Shown here: positions 57,938-64,000 of the stretch, in pieces | Numbering within the stretch: position 1 is the stretch's first letter | Layout of the letters: each line of letters starts with the position of its first letter | From: Hyphomonadaceae bacterium | Lineage (GTDB): Bacteria; Pseudomonadota; Alphaproteobacteria; Caulobacterales; Aquidulcibacteraceae | Direction of reading: 5' to 3' | Assembly: GCA_019753105.1 (NCBI GenBank) | Contig: JAIELJ010000007.1 | Coordinates: 57,195-121,194, forward strand | DNA length: 64,000 nt | The notes under the pieces: generated by a model | The model's database searches: none | The model's input: the letters and a program-made list of their open reading frames with translations, nothing else | What the model was told of the DNA's origin: nothing | Program-made: the position numbers and the translations under genes

Positions 57938-57962
57938 GGAACGATGCGCGTCAGCAGCTGTT
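57938..57962 (+). promoter_or_regulatory. EcfG-like promoter, probably leaderless
   Basis: GGAAC-N16-TGTT ending 8 nt before ATG 57971. Confidence 0.5.
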
Positions 57963-57970
57963 GGTTCAGC

Positions 57971-58195
57971 ATGTCCCAGTATCTCGTTGAATATCGTGAG
58001 TGGCCGGAAGGCCCGGTTCTCAAGTCCGATTCAGTCATCGCTACCAACGACGAGGACGCTGAGGCGAGGGTCAAGCAATTGTTCACCTTGGTGCAGGCCA
58101 ATTTGGGTGCGCGGCACTATCGCATCCTTGATGATGCGCGCGCGGTCGTCGCCACACACGCAACCCCCAAAGAACCGCTGGGCAGAAATCTCTAG
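57971..58195 (+). CDS. Small hypothetical protein (74 aa)
   Basis: MSQYLVEYREW...RILDDARAVV; no SD. Confidence 0.65.
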   Translation: MSQYLVEYREWPEGPVLKSDSVIATNDEDAEARVKQLFTLVQANLGARHYRILDDARAVVATHATPKEPLGRNL

Positions 58196-58330
58196 AGCAG
58201 CTGGCGCCGGCGTCGCGCTCAACGCGGTCCGCGCGCACGTTGAAAATGCATAGCTTTTAGTCGGTCTTTCACTGCCCTTACCGGCTGCCTTTGCTTGACG
58301 GCTCGCTCTGCTCTTCATACCTCAGGGCCT

Positions 58331-58882
58331 ATGGCCATTCGCCCCATCCTCGTCGCGCCCGATGCGCGCCTGAAGCAGAAGTCCGCCCCGGTCGAAGGCC
58401 CGGTCACGGACGAGCATCGCCGCCTCATGGATGACATGCTGGAGACGATGTACGACGCGCCCGGCATCGGCCTGGCCGCGATCCAGATCGGCGTGCCGTT
58501 GCGGATTATCGTCATGGACCTCGCCCGCGAAGGCGAGCCCAAGGCGCCGCGCTATTTCGTGAACCCCGAAATCCTCAATCGCGCGGCTGAGACCCAGCCC
58601 TATGAAGAGGGCTGTCTTTCGGTTCCGGACATTTACGAGGAAGTGCAGCGCCCGGAGAAGGTGCGCCTGCGCTACATGAACTATCAGGGCGAAACGATCG
58701 AAGAGGATTGCGAAGGCCTCTATGCGGTCTGCATCCAGCACGAGATGGATCACCTCGAGGGCATCCTCTTCATCGACCACCTCTCGCGCCTAAAGCGCGA
58801 GAAGGCGCTGGGCAAGCTGAAGAAGGCCAAGAAGCTGGCCGAGGAAGACGAAGAGCCGCCGGCCAAGAACTATCGCATCTGA
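58331..58882 (+). CDS. def: Peptide deformylase
   Basis: [22 protein letters not shown]. Confidence 0.97.
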   Translation: MAIRPILVAPDARLKQKSAPVEGPVTDEHRRLMDDMLETMYDAPGIGLAAIQIGVPLRIIVMDLAREGEPKAPRYFVNPEILNRAAETQPYEEGCLSVPDIYEEVQRPEKVRLRYMNYQGETIEEDCEGLYAVCIQHEMDHLEGILFIDHLSRLKREKALGKLKKAKKLAEEDEEPPAKNYRI

Positions 58883-58996
58883 TTGGTTGTTTGGGCGCGG
58901 GTTTTCGGCCGCACCCCCTTTCGCGGCGCAGCAATTTCTCTAATCTCGGGCCCAACGAGGCGCAGAGTCCGCGCGCCCTGGCTTTTGGGGATCTCC

Positions 58997-59692
58997 ATGT
59001 CTGAATCGTTTGCCGGTTATGTCTGCACCTCCGCCGCGATCGACGCCGCTGTCGAACAGCGCTCGATGCTCTCGCATCCCTTCTACCAAGCCTGGGAAGA
59101 GGGCACGCTGACGCGCGAGACGCTGAAGGAATACGCCAAGCAATATTTCCATCACGTCGAAGCGTTCCCGCGCGCCGTCAGCGCGGTGCACGCCAATTGC
59201 CCGAGCGCCGTCGGCCGCAAGCTTCTGGCTGAGAACCTCGCCGAAGAAGAAGGCCTGGGTGAAGGCAAGGACGATCACGCCACGCTCTGGCTCCACTTCG
59301 CCAACGGCATGGGCGCCGATGAAGCTGAAGTGCGCGGCGTCGATATCAACGCCGAAACGCAAACGCTGATCGAGACTTTCCGCAAACTCTCGCGCAAGTC
59401 CTACGCTTCGGGCCTCGGCGCGCTCTACGCGTATGAGAGCCAATTGCCGGCGATCGCCAAGACGAAGATCAAGGGCCTCGTCGAGCGCTACGACGTGAAC
59501 GAAGCGGCGACGCTGAAATTCTTCGCAGTCCACGAACTCGCCGACATCGAACACTCCGATGTCTGCCGCGAATTGCTCGACGCGCTGCCGGAAGATCAGC
59601 GCGCCGAAGCCCACGCCGGCGCCTGCGAACTGGCGGACGCGCTGCGTCTGTTCCTGACTGGCATGCAACGCCAGACCGGTATGGTTTGCTGA
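58997..59692 (+). CDS. CADD-family (TenA/PqqC-like) heme-oxygenase-like diiron protein
   Basis: HPFY, YAKQY, ENLAEEE...H, YAYESQ.P.IAKTKI.GL, HELADIEH closely follow chlamydial CADD as recalled. Confidence 0.85.
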   Translation: MSESFAGYVCTSAAIDAAVEQRSMLSHPFYQAWEEGTLTRETLKEYAKQYFHHVEAFPRAVSAVHANCPSAVGRKLLAENLAEEEGLGEGKDDHATLWLHFANGMGADEAEVRGVDINAETQTLIETFRKLSRKSYASGLGALYAYESQLPAIAKTKIKGLVERYDVNEAATLKFFAVHELADIEHSDVCRELLDALPEDQRAEAHAGACELADALRLFLTGMQRQTGMVC

Positions 59693-59699
59693 GTTAGCT

Positions 59700-59806
59700 C
59701 GTCATCCTCGGTCACGCAGAGCGAGAACCGGGATCCAGCGCCGCATGCTTGTGCATTTGCCCTGGATCCCGGCTCATCCGACTTCGGCGAATGCGCCAGG
59801 ATGACG
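59700..59806. repeat. GTCATCC-type alphaproteobacterial REP/RIME-like element
   Basis: CGTCATCCT...CCGGGATCCAG / CTGGATCCCGG...AGGATGACG nested inverted repeats between convergent genes. Confidence 0.8.
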
Positions 59807-59814
59807 TGCCTCGG

Positions 59815-60747
59815 CTAACGCCCAACAACCTGTTTTTGGCCGCCGTCCGCGCCGATCGGTGACTCGACGGTCTCGCCTTCCTCGACAGGCGCAGTCGGTT
59901 TGCCGGCCGCGAAAAACTCGAGCTCTGCGTTGAGCGCGCCGCCGAGCAAGAACACAAGCGCGGTGATGTAGAGCCACAAGAGCAGCGCAACGACGCTCGC
60001 TACCGAACCGTACGCTGCGCCGAACGCCGGAAACTCGCGCAGCGCAAAAGTGAGCGCGCTCGACGCAATGAGCCAGAGCAGCGGCGTCAAAACCGCGCCC
60101 GGCCAGAGCCAGCGCCAAGGCGGCGCGCGACGGCGCGGTCCCCAACGATAAAGGATCAAGGTCACCGCAATCGCCGCGCCCCCAAGCACTGGCCACCGCA
60201 ACACCAAGAGCCAAAGCTCAAGCCCAGTATCAACCTGCAAAAACGCCAGCGCCAACGGCGCAACACCCATCAGCATGACAGCCAGAACGCCGAGGCCCAG
60301 GCCGTACAGCGTGAACATCCCGGCAGCGATGTAGCGGCGCACCGCCTTGCGCTTTTCAGCGCGGCGATTGACGGCGGTCAGCGCCATCAAGGTCCAGCGC
60401 GTGCCTTGCAAAGCGCTCCAGAGCGAAAGCGCCAAGTTGAACAAGGCGCCGAGAAGCAGCGTGTCGTTGTCGCTCACCAGAAGTCGCGAGACTTGTTCGT
60501 GGATGATCGTCACCACCGCATCGGGCGCAACACCGCCGAGCGCGGCGATCTGCTGGCCTAACCAAGCCGGATCTCCCAACACGCCGACGAGTGCGGCCAT
60601 CGCGGCGAGACCCGGGATCACCGCCATTAAACCGAAGAACGCCACACCGGCCGAGATCAGCGCCAGATTAGCGCGCTCGGCGGTTGCGCCGACGCCTTTT
60701 GCCACACACCACCAGTCCGTGAGCGTCAACGCCCACGGCCCAGTCAC
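59815..60747 (-). CDS. YihY/BrkB family membrane protein
   Basis: SAGVAFFGLMAVIPGL, LYRWGP, WLWPGA, YGSVASVVALLLWLY; start approximate. Confidence 0.88.
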   Translation of the reverse strand: MTGPWALTLTDWWCVAKGVGATAERANLALISAGVAFFGLMAVIPGLAAMAALVGVLGDPAWLGQQIAALGGVAPDAVVTIIHEQVSRLLVSDNDTLLLGALFNLALSLWSALQGTRWTLMALTAVNRRAEKRKAVRRYIAAGMFTLYGLGLGVLAVMLMGVAPLALAFLQVDTGLELWLLVLRWPVLGGAAIAVTLILYRWGPRRRAPPWRWLWPGAVLTPLLWLIASSALTFALREFPAFGAAYGSVASVVALLLWLYITALVFLLGGALNAELEFFAAGKPTAPVEEGETVESPIGADGGQKQVVGR

Positions 60748-60814
60748 TACACGCGTCGTTTCACAAGCTTCGTCCGTCACCCCGGAAAAACACGCGTGCG
60801 GAACAGGCGTTCCG

Positions 60815-61639
60815 TCAGCGCGCCGGAACGGGGCGCCGCAGCGCACGCGCTACTGCGCGAACTGGCCAGGCGAGCTGCGCAAACGCGCCTTTGCCAATGT
60901 CGTCGCGTACGCCGAGCGGGACGTCGCAGGGACCGGGGACGTGATAGGTGCGGAAGGCTTGGTCAAACACTGAAAACAGCGTCGCAAAGTTCACGCCCAT
61001 GCCGCGCGCGTCGCGCACGTGATGCCAGCGATGCATGGCGGGCGAAACGAAGACGCGCGAGAGCGGCCCGTATGTCCAGGGCAAGTCCATGTGGATGAAG
61101 AGCCCATAATAGTGACGCACCATGCCGTTCGAGACGATCGCCCATAAAGGCAGGCCGAGCAGCGCCAGCGCGCTCATGTCGATGAATGTGGTGGTCAGCC
61201 GATTGAGCGGATGGAAGCGTAGGCCAGTCGTCCACGTCATGCGCTCGTCGCTGTGATGGATCGCATGCCACGGCCAGATGAGATCGACGTGCTCAAGGCG
61301 ATGGCGCCAGTAGGCGACGAAATCGCCGATGAAGAGCGCGATGAAAATGACGAGCGCCGCAGGCAGCGTTTCCCATTGCGCGGCGCTGAAGAGGCGCAGG
61401 CCTTGTGCCTGAATCCACGCGCCGACGCTCGCCATCATCAGCACAAGCACCGGCGTCACGGCGATAATGTCGAACGTAAAGAGGATGAGGTTGGTGCGCA
61501 CTTCGGCGCTCGCGCGCCGCGCCGTGTGCAGCGCTTCAACGCCGCGGAACGCGAGCGCCACGCCCGCGAAAATCAGCGCTGGCCAAAAGAGGTCAGCGTA
61601 AGCATCCCAGAGCGATTGCAGGATGGTTTCGATCTGCAT
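60815..61639 (-). CDS. Sterol desaturase / fatty acid hydroxylase family protein
   Basis: YWRHRLEH, WHAIHHS, HMD and HRWHH His boxes. Confidence 0.92.
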   Translation of the reverse strand: MQIETILQSLWDAYADLFWPALIFAGVALAFRGVEALHTARRASAEVRTNLILFTFDIIAVTPVLVLMMASVGAWIQAQGLRLFSAAQWETLPAALVIFIALFIGDFVAYWRHRLEHVDLIWPWHAIHHSDERMTWTTGLRFHPLNRLTTTFIDMSALALLGLPLWAIVSNGMVRHYYGLFIHMDLPWTYGPLSRVFVSPAMHRWHHVRDARGMGVNFATLFSVFDQAFRTYHVPGPCDVPLGVRDDIGKGAFAQLAWPVRAVARALRRPVPAR

Positions 61640-61642
61640 GGC

Positions 61643-62542
61643 TCAGACGTATAGCACGCCCTCGCTGACCTTCACGGCCTTGCCCGCGATGCGCGCGCCC
61701 GCAAGCGCGCCGTTCTCGATGTTTACTTCCAGCCCGATCAGCGAAGGTCGGCCCATCTCCGCGCCCTGCAAGATCGGCAGCGTGTGCCAGCCGTCCGGCA
61801 AATCCTCGAACCGCGCCAGCACGCCCGCGAACGCTGCTGCCGCGCCGCCGGTCGCGGGGTCTTCGACGATGCCGATCTCTGGCGCGAACATGCGCGCGTG
61901 AAAGGAGTGCGCCGCTTTGGCATCTGCGCGGGCGTAGACAAAGACTTCTGTGGTGCTGAGCGCAGCAGAAAGCGCGCCCATCGCGGGCGCCGCGCGGCCG
62001 AGCGCCTCGACGCTTGCAACCGGGATCATCGCGAACGGCACGCCGGCGGAGAACACTGAAGGGACATGCTTGTCGAAACCGATATCGCTCTCGGCGAGCC
62101 CCAAGGCGCGCGCCGCGGATGCAATGCTTGGATCAGCGCCAGCGGGCGCCGAGAGTCTAGGCGCTGTGAATTCCGCAAAGCTCGCGCCTTCAGCGCTGAG
62201 CTTCACGCCGCAACGCACCGGCCCGACTTGCTCTTCAAGCACAAGGATCAAGTCATCGAGCCCGCTGTCGCGGTGGCGCGCTTCGGCGATGGCGACGGCG
62301 CAGCCGATAGTGGGATGGCCGGCGAACGGAAGCTCCTTGCCGGGCGTGAAAATGCGCACGCTCGCGGCATGCTGTGGGTTAGCGGGCGCGCGCACGAAAA
62401 TCGTCTCCGAGAGATTGAACTCGCGCGCGATGGTTTGCATCTGCGCGTCGCTCAGATCATCGGCGTCCCAGACGACGGCAAGCGGATTGCCGGCAAAGCG
62501 CGTGTCGGTGAAGACGTCGTAGGTGGTGAAGTTGAGTTTCAT
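61643..62542 (-). CDS. PhzF family protein
   Basis: DVFT..RFAGNPLAV, NLSET, ELPFAGHPT, EDPATG, QGAEMGRPS. Confidence 0.93.
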   Translation of the reverse strand: MKLNFTTYDVFTDTRFAGNPLAVVWDADDLSDAQMQTIAREFNLSETIFVRAPANPQHAASVRIFTPGKELPFAGHPTIGCAVAIAEARHRDSGLDDLILVLEEQVGPVRCGVKLSAEGASFAEFTAPRLSAPAGADPSIASAARALGLAESDIGFDKHVPSVFSAGVPFAMIPVASVEALGRAAPAMGALSAALSTTEVFVYARADAKAAHSFHARMFAPEIGIVEDPATGGAAAAFAGVLARFEDLPDGWHTLPILQGAEMGRPSLIGLEVNIENGALAGARIAGKAVKVSEGVLYV

Positions 62543-62817
62543 GCTGCTTCCTTGAAAGCGTTGGCGTCGAGCAGGGCGGCGAGGGCGCTGCGAAACTTGC
62601 GGTCGCGTTTGAGATGCACTTCGCGGCTCATGGCTTCGTTGCGCGTCGCGAAGCGCTCTGCATAAAGCAAAACCCAAGCGCGCCCACGCGTAGAGCGCGC
62701 ACCACGCCCAGCATTGTGCGCGTTGAGCCGCTGATCGAGATCAACGCACCAGCCGACATAGGTGCGGCGGTCCGCACCGCGGATGGAGCCTAGGATGTAC
62801 GTGAATGCGGCGCTCAT
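62539..62817 (-). CDS. GIY-YIG nuclease (YhbQ/UPF0213-like)
   Basis: FTYIL...TYVG...RLNAHNAGRGARSTRGR...E..LK. Confidence 0.9.
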   Translation of the reverse strand: MSAAFTYILGSIRGADRRTYVGWCVDLDQRLNAHNAGRGARSTRGRAWVLLYAERFATRNEAMSREVHLKRDRKFRSALAALLDANAFKEAA

Positions 62818-63425
62818 GTTTCGGCTTCAAGCCAAGAAAGGTCGGCCTGTGAAGGCGGCTCGTCGTCCGCGAAGCAATTGAAGAACATCCGCTCACGAAA
62901 GTTTGCTTCGCACTTCGGAAGCCGTTTGTTGCGGTCGACATTGCGAACCGTGACGAAGTCGCTGAACTCCACATCCTCGGGCAAATCAAAGAAGATCATG
63001 CTTGCGAGGTGGCCGCCTGAAAATCCGACGCGCCTTCGTTCGGCGGTCTCCAGGGCGAACAACCAAAGCGACATCGCGGTCTCGCCACGAACCTGGCTCA
63101 GCAGCGATAGCGGAATGGCAAAACGACAAGGTTCAACGCGCTCAATATAGTAGGCGGCAATACTGCAAGACCAAGTGAGGTCGCCCTTGATGCGTTCTCG
63201 AAGAGGATTGGGGTAAAACCTGTAGCCGCCGTCACCCTGAAATTCCTGCTTGATAAGCTCAACGCGGCGATCGGCGTACCATCCAATCGGCTGCACGAAG
63301 ACACATGGGAGATACGTACCGTCCGTCAGCCATGCTGCGCATCGAAAGCCTGGGCCGCCGAACTCAACCGGCACCTCTTCGATGTTGAGCTCCTTCAGAG
63401 CCTGGAGAAGCGCCTGAGGCGTCAA
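62814..63425 (-). CDS. Hypothetical protein
   Basis: 203 aa; overlaps both neighbours by 4 nt; more AT-rich. Confidence 0.7.
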   Translation of the reverse strand: MTPQALLQALKELNIEEVPVEFGGPGFRCAAWLTDGTYLPCVFVQPIGWYADRRVELIKQEFQGDGGYRFYPNPLRERIKGDLTWSCSIAAYYIERVEPCRFAIPLSLLSQVRGETAMSLWLFALETAERRRVGFSGGHLASMIFFDLPEDVEFSDFVTVRNVDRNKRLPKCEANFRERMFFNCFADDEPPSQADLSWLEAET

Positions 63426-64000
63426 ACAAAGCCCCCGAAGTTCAAGAACTTCGTCTCCAGATATTCCTCCAGTCCCTCAACGCCGCCTTCGCGGCCCAGG
63501 CCGCTTTCTTTCCAGCCGCCGAACGGGATCACTTCGTTTGAGAAGATGCCGTCATTGATCGAGACCATGCCGCTCTCAATGCGCTCGGCCACGCGCCAGG
63601 CGCGGTTGACGTCCTTGGTGAAGAAGTAGGAGGCGAGGCCAAACGGCGTATCGTTGGCGATGGCGACGGCTTCGTCTTCGGTTTTGAAGCGGATCAGCGG
63701 CGCAACCGGTCCGAAAATTTCTTCGGTGTTCACACGCATATCGCGGGTGACATCGGCGAGCACGGTCGGCGTGTAGAATTGCGCGCCCGCGGCGTGCTTC
63801 TTACCGCCCGTGATCGCGCTGGCGCCGGAGGCCAAGGCTTCCGCCACCATCTGCTCGACCTTCTCGATCGCCTTTGCATCAATCAGCGGCCCGATCTCCA
63901 CGCCGGCCTGATCGCCCGGGCCGACTTTGAGTTTCGCTACAGCCTCGGCGAGCTTCTTCGAGAACGCACCATAGATCGCGTCTTCCACCAAGATGCGGTT
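63422..64000 (-). CDS. gabD: NAD(P)-dependent succinate-semialdehyde dehydrogenase-like ALDH (5' partial)
   Basis: EEIFGPVAP, ANDTPFGLASYFF, PFGGWKESGLGREG. Confidence 0.85.
   Translation of the reverse strand, partial: NRILVEDAIYGAFSKKLAEAVAKLKVGPGDQAGVEIGPLIDAKAIEKVEQMVAEALASGASAITGGKKHAAGAQFYTPTVLADVTRDMRVNTEEIFGPVAPLIRFKTEDEAVAIANDTPFGLASYFFTKDVNRAWRVAERIESGMVSINDGIFSNEVIPFGGWKESGLGREGGVEGLEEYLETKFLNFGGFV

Noticed and set aside
58883-58996. THF-II, ZTP or TPP riboswitch upstream of the CADD-like gene
   Set aside because: No conserved core of these aptamers is recognisable.
62539-62817. GIY-YIG nuclease as mobiliser of the REP elements
   Set aside because: It looks like the housekeeping YhbQ/UPF0213 type and is not flanked by palindromes.

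Overview
A GC-rich alphaproteobacterial chromosome segment. Gene content and promoter motifs suggest a Caulobacterales/Hyphomonadaceae-like organism (inference). It holds about 80 CDS. Core genes are nrdA, lepB, arfB, rmuC, nudC, dnaX, ybaB, recR and def, plus the SRP RNA gene ffs and a partial gabD-like gene. PHB and ethylmalonyl-CoA pathway genes (phaR, phaA, phaB, ecm, ccr, mcd) are dispersed across the window, and four of them have a TGCRNYGCA upstream motif. I found no rRNA, tRNA, CRISPR array, integrase or transposase. Four usually adjacent gene pairs (phaA-phaB, ecm-ccr, ffs-dnaX, ybaB-recR) are split by accessory genes. Intergenic DNA holds three classes of REP/MITE-like palindromes and two inverted heptamer arrays. 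The strongest leads are a CADD-like self-sacrificing pABA-synthase candidate, a stand-alone lipoprotein SecD-P1 domain, three homologous four-Cys exported proteins, two lipoprotein methyltransferases around arfB, a candidate orphan sRNA at 57.8-57.9 kb, an AurF-like diiron enzyme, and a TetR/TTC38-like/hydrolase module with an unannotated small ORF. All family calls come from motif recognition by eye; no database searches were run.
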